Of a DNA stretch of 61,383 nucleotides, positions 18,867-29,124 are shown piece after piece. How positions within the stretch are numbered: position 1 is the stretch's first letter; every line of letters starts with the position of its first letter. Source of the DNA: an uncultured archaeon (GTDB taxonomy: Archaea > Asgardarchaeota > Heimdallarchaeia > Heimdallarchaeales > Kariarchaeaceae); the NCBI GenBank assembly GCA_964645535.1, contig CAZYCQ010000005.1:1-61383 (forward strand), given 5' to 3'. Position numbers and translations under genes: made by a program. The notes below the pieces were generated by a model, which was not told the origin of the DNA, did not search any database, and saw nothing but the letters and a program-made list of their open reading frames with translations.

Positions 18867-19775
18867 ATGGGATCAAAAGATTACCTTCTCCTGTTGCGTC
18901 CGATTAATGTGGGAATGATTACCGCGATGACAATTGCAGGGATGTGGTTCGGAAATCCCACATTCTCTTTTCCATCCACCTTGATCAACTATCTTTTTGG
19001 TATTGTCGTCGCTATTGCCTACTCTGGTATTGCAATGATCCATAATGACATCATTGACATTGAAATAGACCGTATCAATGCTCCCCATCGTGCTCTTCCT
19101 TCTGGAAGAGTAAGCAAAAAGGCCGCTTTGCTTTACATGGCAATTCTCTTTGTGATCGGCACCTCTGTCGGTGTTTGGCTAAGAATAGAAAGTGTTCTGA
19201 TCATGTTTATCACCCTAGTTCTTTCCCTTCTTTACAATTGGCGATTGAAAAAAACCGGTTTTATTGGGAATCTTATTGTGGGATATACCGCAACTTCCGC
19301 ATTTATCTATGGCGATGCTGTTTCCGCTGGTTTTTCACATTTCTGGCCTCCTTCCAATTGGAATGCATCTGTCTACCTGTTCCTTATTTCTGCTCTCCTG
19401 AACACCAGTCGAGAAGTCACAAAAGGGATTATGGATATGGAAGGTGATCGTAAGTATGGAGTAAAAACCATTGCAGTCAAATATGGGCCAAAGTTTGCCT
19501 CACGGTTTGTCATTGTCTTGAATTGTTTAGCCTTGTTGCTGGCAATCATTCCTGTGGTGGAAGGTGTCTTTGGTCCTGTTTTCATTATAGCTGCAGCATC
19601 CTTTCTTGGGTTAATGTTGCTGAATGGTGTCCCCCTCTTGAAAAAACCAAACTATGAAACTGCAAAGAAATTCAAAGATTATCTTCATCCAATCATGCTC
19701 CTTGCTCTTGTACTTGTAGTAATAGATATCATTCTTGCAGACATATTGCATGTCTACGAGACCCTCGGGACCTGA
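18867..19775 (+). CDS. Digeranylgeranylglyceryl phosphate synthase (UbiA family)
   Basis: LLRPIN, NDIIDIEIDRINAPHRALPSG, YNWRLKK...GN and REVTKGIMDMEGD motifs. Confidence 0.88.
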   Translation: MGSKDYLLLLRPINVGMITAMTIAGMWFGNPTFSFPSTLINYLFGIVVAIAYSGIAMIHNDIIDIEIDRINAPHRALPSGRVSKKAALLYMAILFVIGTSVGVWLRIESVLIMFITLVLSLLYNWRLKKTGFIGNLIVGYTATSAFIYGDAVSAGFSHFWPPSNWNASVYLFLISALLNTSREVTKGIMDMEGDRKYGVKTIAVKYGPKFASRFVIVLNCLALLLAIIPVVEGVFGPVFIIAAASFLGLMLLNGVPLLKKPNYETAKKFKDYLHPIMLLALVLVVIDIILADILHVYETLGT

Positions 19776-19832
19776 TCAAAACTGTTCATGTTAAGTGGAT
19801 TGATTTAAATAACAATTTGACGAAATCATCCT

Positions 19833-20375
19833 ATGGAAAAATCTACCAAGGGTCTCCACAAGATAGTGATACTTGGCACACCACGGGCGGGAAAAACTAC
19901 CCTGATGATCAAGCTTTCAGGTAAAGAAGTTGATGAAAAAGAAATTCGATCAACCATTGGTGTTGATTTTCATGTGGTTCAATTTGAAAAGGATCAGATT
20001 CGTCTTCAGGTCTGGGACTATGCAGGACAGGCCCATTTCAGAAACGCGGGCATCTTCCAAGATATGGTTCAAGGGGCTTCTGCATTCCTATTTTGCTATG
20101 ATACCAGTAACACGACCTCCATTGAGGAGATTGATGCATGGGTTGAAATCGCCAAATCCCATCCCCAATTCAACAAGACATTACGGTACCTTGTTGGTTT
20201 GAAAGTTGATCTGACCAGCAAAGGTCAACAAATAGCTTTGAACAATCTGATCCAAAAATATCTTGGTGGTGAAATCATTCAGAAGCATTTCCTTATTTCA
20301 TCCAAAGAAGATTTGGGTATCGATATCATGACTGATCAGCTAGTTGAAGACCTCTCTCATTTAGCTAGTTCTTAA
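19833..20375 (+). CDS. Rab-like small GTPase
   Basis: G1 GTPRAGKT, G2 STIGVDF, G3 WDYAGQ, G4 LKVD and G5 SSK. Confidence 0.9.
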   Translation: MEKSTKGLHKIVILGTPRAGKTTLMIKLSGKEVDEKEIRSTIGVDFHVVQFEKDQIRLQVWDYAGQAHFRNAGIFQDMVQGASAFLFCYDTSNTTSIEEIDAWVEIAKSHPQFNKTLRYLVGLKVDLTSKGQQIALNNLIQKYLGGEIIQKHFLISSKEDLGIDIMTDQLVEDLSHLASS

Positions 20376-20775
20376 AACTATCTTCCACTTCCGAAACTAC
20401 CTCTCTCATAATCTCTTCCACTTCTTTTCCAACAGAGTCAATTTCCGAGTTTTCAACCAATCCCAATGCTGAGGCAGGATTCATGGCTGAAACAATGATA
20501 TTGTTTCCTTCCACATATAGAATTACGTTACAGGGAAGTAGAACTCCTATGTCTGGTTCTGCCTGAAGTGCCCGATGGGCTCGAGGAGGGTTACAAGCTC
20601 CCAATATTTTATAGGGCGTGTATTCAACATTCAGTTTCTTTTTTAAGGTTTCCTTAACATCTATTTCCGTTAGTATTCCAAACCCTTTTGACTGCAGGAT
20701 CTCTCTCAATCTTTCCTCTACTTCATTAAACCTTTCTGGAGAGACATCGAGTCTTGTGCTGATTGCGTATTCCAT
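20365..20775 (-). CDS. DUF302 family protein
   Basis: GFGILTEIDV, YKILGACNP and IGVLLPCNV motifs. Confidence 0.9.
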   Translation of the reverse strand: MEYAISTRLDVSPERFNEVEERLREILQSKGFGILTEIDVKETLKKKLNVEYTPYKILGACNPPRAHRALQAEPDIGVLLPCNVILYVEGNNIIVSAMNPASALGLVENSEIDSVGKEVEEIMREVVSEVEDSFKN

Positions 20776-20906
20776 ATGTTTATGCTTCCTATGATATTAA
20801 AAAAGAGTGAGTTTATTTTTTAACAAAACCCCCTCTCTTCCTGATCAATTGGCTTCTTTCCTGTTTCCATGGAAAAATGCTTTAAGTTCAATTGTTTATT
20901 TGCCTT

Positions 20907-22076
20907 GTGGATTTCCACGACAAATTTCGAGATTACCTAGATAAAGGGGATGTTCGCGGTTTGAATAATCTTCTTTCATCTTTGGAAGATGTGGATGAAA
21001 ATGATCTTGTCTCTTTCATCTCCCAATTAGAACTTAAATTGGAATCGTCTTCTCAAGATTCTTTGGATGAGACGCAGGTATTTCTTCGGCTTTTAATCCC
21101 ACTTACCGTTCGGCTTTACCAAATTCATCCAACTCATGGTCTCAAATATCTTGCCCCTACCTTGAAACGTCTTTTTGAATTGGGGAAACGGTATTTTGTG
21201 GAAAGCAACTATTTCTTGGCAGAGCAGGTTTTTACCAATATCTATGAACTGAATGTTTCCCTTGATCTTGATATCTACAAAAAACACGCTTCAAAATACA
21301 TGATTTTTTCCCAATTGGGATATTTTTCAGATCTTGCAAGGGCTGCCAATATGTATCGTTACTTCGGTGATATTGATCGTGGCATTGGCCTAGCATGGAG
21401 AGCATTGGTTCTTAGTTTGGATATAATTGTCCGAACATTGGAATTTGGGCACGATATCGTCGCAATCGTTCGTGAAATCAAGTCCCATTTTTTTGTCTGC
21501 CGAAATGTCCTGCTTGAAATCAAGGATGATACCCGTCCTGTAGTTAAACTCAAGCTTGACGAACTCTATGAAGCGTATGAACTACTTTCAGATGAAATTC
21601 CTGATACCCCTGAAGAAATTCGGTTATGGGTGGAGACACACCGGGAATCCCTTCAATACCTGATCCCTCAAGAACCCCCTTCAATTCTCGTTCTGACAGA
21701 AGATGGACGGGTTATTCATTATGCAAAAATGACCTCGGAATTGGATCGAAATGTTGAACCGTTTGCTCATTTGGTTGGTGGAGTTTTAACTGCAATTAAT
21801 TCCATTTTTGTTGAGGAATATCGGAGATTGGGTGGTGCAATCCGAGAAATAATAACTGCTGAAAAGATTATTTACATCAGCAATCGCAAAACCGTGAATG
21901 TAGCTGTTTTTTGTGACTTCCTGACCGATGCTTTGATTAAATTCAGCGAATCCCTTGCTGATGAATTAGAAGAACGGAGTAGGACTCTCCTCCTAAATTG
22001 GCGAGGTGATGAAGGAACTATCCGTCCATTGAAGAATTTCATCAATGATCAAATCAAGGCCATGATTTCTGCTTGA
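20907..22076 (+). CDS. Helical-repeat protein with C-terminal longin/roadblock-like domain
   Basis: C-terminal ILVLTEDGRVIH...LVGGVLTAINSIF...IREI matches the Asgard longin pattern. GTG 20907 lies about 25 nt after a TATA-like sequence. Confidence 0.65.
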   Translation: MDFHDKFRDYLDKGDVRGLNNLLSSLEDVDENDLVSFISQLELKLESSSQDSLDETQVFLRLLIPLTVRLYQIHPTHGLKYLAPTLKRLFELGKRYFVESNYFLAEQVFTNIYELNVSLDLDIYKKHASKYMIFSQLGYFSDLARAANMYRYFGDIDRGIGLAWRALVLSLDIIVRTLEFGHDIVAIVREIKSHFFVCRNVLLEIKDDTRPVVKLKLDELYEAYELLSDEIPDTPEEIRLWVETHRESLQYLIPQEPPSILVLTEDGRVIHYAKMTSELDRNVEPFAHLVGGVLTAINSIFVEEYRRLGGAIREIITAEKIIYISNRKTVNVAVFCDFLTDALIKFSESLADELEERSRTLLLNWRGDEGTIRPLKNFINDQIKAMISA

Positions 22077-22100
22077 TATCTTCAAAACCCTAGGTTTTAA

Positions 22101-23534
22101 TTGCTGACATGGTTATTTGAATCAATGAAAGATGAGGTTGACCATGAAAAATTGAAACTTACTGCTTTGAATGCTTGGGAGGTAGATGATAGAGTTAAAG
22201 CAGTAAAGAAAATAAAAGACCAGGATTTCTTGCTTAACCTCGTTCTTCATGATCTTTCTGGAAAGGTAAGACAGGCAGCACTTGAAGGAATTACGGATGA
22301 GAATCATCTTGTCTTGGTGGCCATGCGATCCAAACACGAACCATTACGTGCCTTGGCTATTGAAAAATTGACCTCTGAAACCTCTCTTTTGCGTATCATT
22401 GATGAAAGCGACTTTCCAACCAGTCGAAAGGCCGCATTTGAGAAGTTGTATACTCCTCATTCTCTTGCCACTGTAGCAATTAAAGAAGGTGGATATTTAG
22501 GGAAAAAGGCCCTTGAAAAAATCGAGGATTTGAATCTTCTTCTGGAAATTGCTGAAAAATCAAAGGATATCGCAATCAAATGGGCTTCCCTTGAAAAAAT
22601 CCAGCTTAAGGATCCCTTATTGGATTTAAACGAACTATTCTTTGCTATCGCCTCATCTGTCGAATTTGAACTAGAAGACCGTATGAAGGCAGCTCAATCC
22701 ATAACAACCCCAGAATTACTGTATAAGTTAATTCTTGTACTTTCCAAGGAATTGCCTTCTAACACCAAAGATCTTCTTTCCATGAATGTTGATATTTCTC
22801 TTTCAAATTTTCTTGATCAAACGATCGCACGTCTTCCCGAAGCCATGCTCGAAAAAATTCTGCATGATCCCTCTCTTCCCAAATCCATTCGCATCATAAC
22901 ATTTCCTCATTTCAAATCCTCAAGACCCATTATGGATATTGTTGAGAAAGAAATTGGTCTTGTAGCCCCCGCATTTGCCCATCTTGTTAACTATCGGAAA
23001 GAACAAAAGCTAGCATCGGCCTTATTCATGGGTTTTGATACTAAAACCAAAATGGAAGTTTTACAAACTCCTTTAAATGAACAATTTCTTTCTTATCTCC
23101 TCAAAGAAGAACATAATCTCCCAGTTCTGGCAAGAATCGCGGGATCGTTCCGTTCTTCAGATTCCCTCAAAAAAGCAATGCAAACACTGTCTACCGAAAA
23201 ACTCACCTCCCTTCGAAATATTCCGGATTTGAGAGAGTGGATTATTGGGACAATTGATGAAATTTTGAAAACAAAAACAAAATTAGAGTTTGAATCTCCA
23301 GAGGAGGCATTCAATTATCTCAAGGATCATCCCGATTCACAATTGGCAGATAATGTTCTTCAGTTCTTGATTGACACTCCCTATTTATTGAAGGTATTGG
23401 ATCTTCATGTGCCACTGAAGCTTAAGAAAAAGGTGGTTGAACTTGTTCCAGATCCATTGGATCTGCAAATCCTTCTTCTCACCTCATCTGATGATGAATT
23501 GAAGAGCATCATCCGCTTACGACTAGGTGAATGA
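22101..23534 (+). CDS. HEAT-like helical repeat protein
   Basis: Repeated 25-residue units 'R..A...I.D...L..'. Confidence 0.65.
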   Translation: MLTWLFESMKDEVDHEKLKLTALNAWEVDDRVKAVKKIKDQDFLLNLVLHDLSGKVRQAALEGITDENHLVLVAMRSKHEPLRALAIEKLTSETSLLRIIDESDFPTSRKAAFEKLYTPHSLATVAIKEGGYLGKKALEKIEDLNLLLEIAEKSKDIAIKWASLEKIQLKDPLLDLNELFFAIASSVEFELEDRMKAAQSITTPELLYKLILVLSKELPSNTKDLLSMNVDISLSNFLDQTIARLPEAMLEKILHDPSLPKSIRIITFPHFKSSRPIMDIVEKEIGLVAPAFAHLVNYRKEQKLASALFMGFDTKTKMEVLQTPLNEQFLSYLLKEEHNLPVLARIAGSFRSSDSLKKAMQTLSTEKLTSLRNIPDLREWIIGTIDEILKTKTKLEFESPEEAFNYLKDHPDSQLADNVLQFLIDTPYLLKVLDLHVPLKLKKKVVELVPDPLDLQILLLTSSDDELKSIIRLRLGE

Positions 23535-23564
23535 GTGTGCTTTCGCAAAAATCATAAATGCGCA

Positions 23565-24617
23565 ATGCTGTTGAATGATGTGACACTTTCAACAGAGGAG
23601 GCTTTTGAACTAATTAAAAGAAACACCGAGGAAATTGTCGATGAAGATGAATTACGTCAGGTTCTTGAAGAAGGAAATCCAAAAGCCTATTGGGGAACTG
23701 CACCAACAGGCAGAATTCATATCGGATACCTTATCCCCATGAGCAAGATTGCAGACTTTTTGAATGCTGGTGTTGATTTCAAAATACTTCTTGCTAATCT
23801 TCACGCTCACTTGGATGATATGAAAAGTCCTTTTGAACTGCTTGAACATCGTACTGAATACTATCGACAGGTGATTTTGGGAATGCTCGAAGGTCTTGGT
23901 GTCGATCCTCACCAAGTTAAGTTTGTCATTGGCACTGATTTTGAGCTAGATTCCAATTATTCACTTGACTTGCTGAAACTTTCAGCAATGGTAACCCTGA
24001 ACCGATCCCGGCGCGCGGGTGCAGAAGTGGTTCGTACTGCCAATGATCCAAAATTGGGTGCTTTCATCTATCCTCTTATGCAATCTCTTGATGTTCCGTA
24101 TCTTGATTGCAACATTGCGTTTGGTGGCATTGATCAGAGAGGAATTTACATGCTCGGACGGGAATACCTCCCCAAAATCGGGTATCCGAAGCCGATTTGT
24201 GTCTTTAACCCTCTTCTTCCAGGTCTGACCGGTGAAAAAATGAGCGCTTCTGAGGAATCCACAAAAATTGATGCATTGGAACCTCCCAAAACCCTTCAAA
24301 AGAAATATTCAAAGTCCTTCTGTCCTGAAAAGCAAATCGATGACAATCCTGTTCTCTTCTTCGCAAAGACTGTTATTTTCCCCTATCTTGAACGAATCGA
24401 GGAACAATTTGAAGTCAAACGTCCTGAAAAATTTGGTGGTGATATTTCCTTCAAAACATATTCCCAATTGGAAAATGCATACGGATCTGGTGCTCTTCAT
24501 CCAGCAGACTTGAAAAAAGCCATCGGAAGCTACCTTGTGAGAATTCTTGAACCTGTGCGTAAGAGGTTTGAAACAAGACCGGATCTCCTCGAAAAAGCCT
24601 ATCCTACCACAAAATAG
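23565..24617 (+). CDS. tyrS: Tyrosine--tRNA ligase
   Basis: YWGTAPTGRIHIGY, IYPLMQSLD, GGIDQR and KMSAS motifs. Start is ATG 23565 or GTG 23580. Confidence 0.95.
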   Translation: MLLNDVTLSTEEAFELIKRNTEEIVDEDELRQVLEEGNPKAYWGTAPTGRIHIGYLIPMSKIADFLNAGVDFKILLANLHAHLDDMKSPFELLEHRTEYYRQVILGMLEGLGVDPHQVKFVIGTDFELDSNYSLDLLKLSAMVTLNRSRRAGAEVVRTANDPKLGAFIYPLMQSLDVPYLDCNIAFGGIDQRGIYMLGREYLPKIGYPKPICVFNPLLPGLTGEKMSASEESTKIDALEPPKTLQKKYSKSFCPEKQIDDNPVLFFAKTVIFPYLERIEEQFEVKRPEKFGGDISFKTYSQLENAYGSGALHPADLKKAIGSYLVRILEPVRKRFETRPDLLEKAYPTTK

Positions 24618-24619
24618 TT

Positions 24620-25234
24620 TTAGAATGCGGAACGAAGTCCCTTATAAATAAACCAGATTGCCACCATTGTAAAAACATGGAAAATGTCGTTGTGGTTGAA
24701 ATGTTTATGTATTCCGATTTTCTTCATTTGAATGAATGTTCCAAGTATCAAAACGAGAAATCCTGTCAAAATGAGCGATGCCCCTGAATTTCCGCTGATG
24801 ATGGCAAACACTGTGATGGTTATTGAAACAAGCGTTGCGACTCCATAATACATGATTGCGTCTATAAATTCCCCATTGACCTTCACTCTCCAGAGATATG
24901 GGATGAATGCAATTCCAAAGACCAGTTGAACCCAAGGGGCAATGTTTTCAACAAACACATATGAGAGACCTACCACCAAACAAAAACTGGTTGCACCAAG
25001 AACCACCAATGACCCTCTCCAGACAAGCAATTCCATTTTTTGTGTGGCATATTCCTTAAACCCATGAGCAGTTCCTCCTAGTAGTGCTCCCAAGCCCAGA
25101 AGGATAAAATATCCTTTGATCCACATTGCCGAACCTCCAAGATCCAAATCACCAAGCAAAATCATTAGAAAGATTGCTTCAATAGTAATCATATAGTCCG
25201 TGATGGTAGTGACCGGTTCTGTGATCCGAACCAT
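24620..25234 (-). CDS. 7-TM membrane protein (DUF6962-like)
   Basis: EPVTTITDY, GGTAHG and FNHNDIFH conserved-looking motifs. Confidence 0.65.
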   Translation of the reverse strand: MVRITEPVTTITDYMITIEAIFLMILLGDLDLGGSAMWIKGYFILLGLGALLGGTAHGFKEYATQKMELLVWRGSLVVLGATSFCLVVGLSYVFVENIAPWVQLVFGIAFIPYLWRVKVNGEFIDAIMYYGVATLVSITITVFAIISGNSGASLILTGFLVLILGTFIQMKKIGIHKHFNHNDIFHVFTMVAIWFIYKGLRSAF

Positions 25235-25272
25235 AATTTATTTCCGTGAAAAGTTCCTATATACCTACTGCA

Positions 25273-26223
25273 TCAGAACTGAATTTCTGTGAGTCTTCTT
25301 ACCTTATCGATTTCTGTATGCTTACGTAGTGTCACGAATGGGATGGTGATCGACGGATCCACCACAAATTCCGAAACCCCAAAACTCAGGGCTTTGCCAT
25401 CAAGAACTAATCTTGACCCATAGAGGATTTCTAATGTCTTTCTTGGATTTTCATCTGGTTTCAGACCTTCTCTTATCCTTGCTTCATTGTATGCATTGAG
25501 TGCTTGGTCTGTTATGGTGGTATTCTTCAAATCAAGGGTTACTCTTACCTTCTTTCGCGGTACGATGAAATTTGCAGAGGAATGGATTCCTCCCAATGTC
25601 AGAATTTGAAGTGCATTTTCATTCAAATTTACATAACCACCATGAGAAAGTGTCCATCCTGTTGATCCTATAGAGGTTGATATCATTACTCCATCCGCAA
25701 ATGTACTGGTGATCGCACTGAACCGATTTTCCTCTCCAGTTTCTATTTCAACCGTGAATTTTGCTAGATGAGGATTTACCTGTGCATACGCTTCATTGAC
25801 TGCCAGATGTTGCTGACCAAATGCTTCGACCTTGAGAATTGTTCGATTGTGTATATTAAAATCCCCATTCAGGATCCGTTGAAATCCTTCCTTGAATTTG
25901 TTCTCGCCAAATTCTAGTTGTTTCAGGTATCCTACGGATGAAGGTCGTGTGACTGGAACCAATGGCTTCAATGTGTCTATGGTTCCGAATGAATCATAGA
26001 AGGTTCGAACCAGCCATGCTACCGACCCATCTCCACCAACCGTGAAAATAAAGTCACATCGGTCAAGAATCTCTGGATTGACAATCGCTTCACTGAAATG
26101 GAAACATTCCGTGTCTGGTGAAAGACTATTGATGTACTTCCTGATCTTCAGGTACTCCTCCTTTTCCCTTGCACTGATGCAAATTCCTTTGATCTTAAAG
26201 CCCACAATACCTGTTGTGAGCAA
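25273..26223 (-). CDS. NAD(+) kinase family protein (divergent)
   Basis: GGDG, AVNE and ADGVMISTSIGSTGWTLSHGG motifs. Confidence 0.8.
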   Translation of the reverse strand: MLTTGIVGFKIKGICISAREKEEYLKIRKYINSLSPDTECFHFSEAIVNPEILDRCDFIFTVGGDGSVAWLVRTFYDSFGTIDTLKPLVPVTRPSSVGYLKQLEFGENKFKEGFQRILNGDFNIHNRTILKVEAFGQQHLAVNEAYAQVNPHLAKFTVEIETGEENRFSAITSTFADGVMISTSIGSTGWTLSHGGYVNLNENALQILTLGGIHSSANFIVPRKKVRVTLDLKNTTITDQALNAYNEARIREGLKPDENPRKTLEILYGSRLVLDGKALSFGVSEFVVDPSITIPFVTLRKHTEIDKVRRLTEIQF

Positions 26224-26258
26224 CCAGTATTAAAAAGGTTGATCCGCGCGTCTGTTAT

Positions 26259-27314
26259 TTACTTGTTTTTACTTAGATCCACCATTGCATCTGCTGGTTC
26301 ATAGCTGTGTCCAATAATTGGATGTGGGAGATAGGCCTCTTCAATGCGATTCTGTTCCTCTTTTGTGAGATTCAATTCAACTGCTTCAATCGCTTCCTCA
26401 AGATGTTCCATCTTGGTCACTCCCACAATAGGCGACGTAATCCCTGGTTTATGGAGAACCCAACTCAGAGCCACCTGTGCTGGTGTCACTCCCTTTTCCT
26501 TAGCAACATCCTTTATTGCCTCAAGAACCTGAAAGTCATTCTCCCTGAAATATCTCGCTTTCAAATAAGGGTCTGATCTCAACCTTGGGTGACGATCCTT
26601 TTCCTTGTCCTCAGGACTATATTTCCCAGAGAGGAATCCCCTTGCGAGCGGTGACCATGGAATGATCCCCATACCTTGATCGATGCAATATGGAATCATC
26701 TCCCTTTCTTCCTCCCTATAGACCGCATTGTAATGGTTCTGCATGGTCGCAAACTTTTCCAGTCCTAGCCGTTCGGCAGTAAATTGGAGTTTGGCCAGTT
26801 GCCAAGTGTACATTGAACTTGCCCCAATATGCAAAACATACCCTCCGTCAATCAATTGATTCAATGACCTCATCAGGAATTCCGGATCAACCGAAACATC
26901 CCATCGATGGATTTGATAGAGGTCAATAAAGTCTGTATTCAGCCTTCTCAAGGAATTTTCGATTTCTCTAGCCATATGATATCGATTAAGCCCCTTGTCA
27001 TTCTGTCCCTCACCCATGGCAAATCTGATCTTTGTTGCAATTACGACATCATCTCTGACATCTTTTAACAATTCTCCTGTGATTTCCTCACTTCTCCCTC
27101 TTGAGTATACATTTGCAGTATCGAAAAAGTTTATCCCTGCATCCAATGCCATTTCAACCAGCGGGCGAGCTTCATCTATCTCCAATTGCCATTCTTGACT
27201 ATTGCCGAAGCTCATCATCCCAAGACATAATCTAGAAACCGTAATTCCAGTTTTTCCAAGCTTTGTGTATTTCATGACTAAATGGATTTTGCGTGATATT
27301 TTTGTGTTCTCCAT
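26259..27314 (-). CDS. Aldo/keto reductase
   Basis: LCLGMMSFG, FDTANVY, ATK, DLYQIHRWD and PWSPLARG motifs. Alternative start at ATG 27275. Confidence 0.92.
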   Translation of the reverse strand: MENTKISRKIHLVMKYTKLGKTGITVSRLCLGMMSFGNSQEWQLEIDEARPLVEMALDAGINFFDTANVYSRGRSEEITGELLKDVRDDVVIATKIRFAMGEGQNDKGLNRYHMAREIENSLRRLNTDFIDLYQIHRWDVSVDPEFLMRSLNQLIDGGYVLHIGASSMYTWQLAKLQFTAERLGLEKFATMQNHYNAVYREEEREMIPYCIDQGMGIIPWSPLARGFLSGKYSPEDKEKDRHPRLRSDPYLKARYFRENDFQVLEAIKDVAKEKGVTPAQVALSWVLHKPGITSPIVGVTKMEHLEEAIEAVELNLTKEEQNRIEEAYLPHPIIGHSYEPADAMVDLSKNK

Positions 27315-27333
27315 CTTGGATTATTTATTGCAA

Positions 27334-29124
27334 TCAATTTTTCATCTTTATTTGTTCAAGATATTTTGCAGATTGTGTTCTGAAATACAGGTCATACATT
27401 TCTGCATATGGTCCGGTTTGACGGATGAGTTCCTCATGCGTTCCCTTTTGCACCACTTTCCCCTTCTCAAGAACTACGATTCTATCCGCATTAAGAATGG
27501 TTGTCAATCGATGGGCAATGACAATTGCTGTTCTTCCCTTAAGCAACTCATCGGTGGCTTCTTGAATCTTGGCTTCCGTATAGAGATCAACGACAGATGT
27601 TGCCTCGTCCAAAATGATGATCTTAGGATTTGCCAACAGGGCTCGTGCAAACGAAATCATCTGTCTCTGTCCCGCAGACAGATTTCCTCCTCCTGCTGTG
27701 ATGTATGTATCAAGCCCGTCCGGGAGCAGTCTAATGAACTCCATTGCCTGCACGGCTTCCAATGCCCTCAATATCTCTTCATCCGTGGCATTTGGCTTTG
27801 CAATGGTGAGATTCTCGCGCAATGTGCCTTCAAAGATGAAAACCTTTTGACTTACCATGAAAACTTGTTTTCTGAGATTATAAAGATCATAATCCTCAAT
27901 TGGAATGTCATCTATCAAAATCTCCCCGCTCTTCACCTCATAGAAACGAAGCAACAGTGTTGCAATGGTGGTTTTCCCTGCTCCAGTGTGGCCTACAATC
28001 GCGATCTTTTCTCCAACATGGACATTAAATGAAACATCATGAAGAATCGGTTCATTCTCTATATAGCTGAAATTAACTGACCTGAATTCTACCTTCCCTT
28101 CGATTTGCTTGTTCGTATTGTTTCCTATTTCATTCTCCTTGAACCTTCCTTCACTTGTCAATTTAAGAACCCTGTCCAGATTGCCAAAGAGGGTCTGAAA
28201 CCTGCTGTAATTACGGGCCAATCCTAAGGCCGGTTCATAGAAATAATCTATCACAAATATGAAGATGTAAAATTCTGCCAGTTCTACATTGCCTGCAAGA
28301 ACTTCTTGTGCACCAAAGAATATTATCACGAGTAAGGAAATATGTCTTAAGAAGTCATTTATTGGGGAAATGATAAAAATGGCGAATGCCCGTTTGATTG
28401 ACGCTCGATATGTTGCTTCATTCACTTCCCTAAAAGATTCAATGTTTTTCTTCTCTCTTCCAAAAGCTTTGCTTACTACAATGGCACGTAGACTTTCATT
28501 GAATTTCTGGTTGACTGATGCAAAATTTCTTCTCCATACCTTTTCGACCTTACGTTGATATTTCCTCAATGCGAAGGCAATCACAAAGAAGGTAGGGAAG
28601 AAAAGAATAGACACTACTGTCAACCTCGGCGAATATTTCCAAAGGACAAAAATGATGGCAAATAATTGGATGATACTCGTCAATACATGTGCAAAATTCA
28701 AGCCTGCATCATACATCTCTTGTACGTCATTGGTTACTGCTGAAGAAAGAACACCGCTTTCTTGGTTATCAAAAAAAGAAACTTTATTGTGCACTATCGT
28801 ATTGAAAATGTCTGTTCGCATGTCCTTGATCACTCTTGAGTTAAAATTGACAATTACCACCTCTCTAAGGATCTGAACTCCCCATTGAGTAAGCAACAAG
28901 GTAAAATAGACTACTAAAGGTAAAAGGATTGCCTGTGCCTCGATATATCCTGAATGGCTCTCCACCAACTGGGAAAATCCTCTTTGGAATGCAATGGGGG
29001 CTACTGTTGAGATTGCGATGGAAAGAACTAAAAGGGCTACTGTTCCCCAAAACAGTTTCTTATATGGGGTGATGTAGATCCACAGAAACCCCAACAAACT
29101 TGGACGTTGCATTTTCTCTTTCAT
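27334..29124 (-). CDS. Heterodimeric ABC exporter subunit (consensus Walker B)
   Basis: 6 TM helices plus NBD: GHTGAGKT, LSAGQ, ILDEATS and AHRL. Confidence 0.93.
   Translation of the reverse strand: MKEKMQRPSLLGFLWIYITPYKKLFWGTVALLVLSIAISTVAPIAFQRGFSQLVESHSGYIEAQAILLPLVVYFTLLLTQWGVQILREVVIVNFNSRVIKDMRTDIFNTIVHNKVSFFDNQESGVLSSAVTNDVQEMYDAGLNFAHVLTSIIQLFAIIFVLWKYSPRLTVVSILFFPTFFVIAFALRKYQRKVEKVWRRNFASVNQKFNESLRAIVVSKAFGREKKNIESFREVNEATYRASIKRAFAIFIISPINDFLRHISLLVIIFFGAQEVLAGNVELAEFYIFIFVIDYFYEPALGLARNYSRFQTLFGNLDRVLKLTSEGRFKENEIGNNTNKQIEGKVEFRSVNFSYIENEPILHDVSFNVHVGEKIAIVGHTGAGKTTIATLLLRFYEVKSGEILIDDIPIEDYDLYNLRKQVFMVSQKVFIFEGTLRENLTIAKPNATDEEILRALEAVQAMEFIRLLPDGLDTYITAGGGNLSAGQRQMISFARALLANPKIIILDEATSVVDLYTEAKIQEATDELLKGRTAIVIAHRLTTILNADRIVVLEKGKVVQKGTHEELIRQTGPYAEMYDLYFRTQSAKYLEQIKMKN

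Noticed and set aside
27202-28032. 276-aa plus-strand ORF
   Set aside because: It is the antisense shadow of the conserved ABC NBD and has no recognisable motifs.
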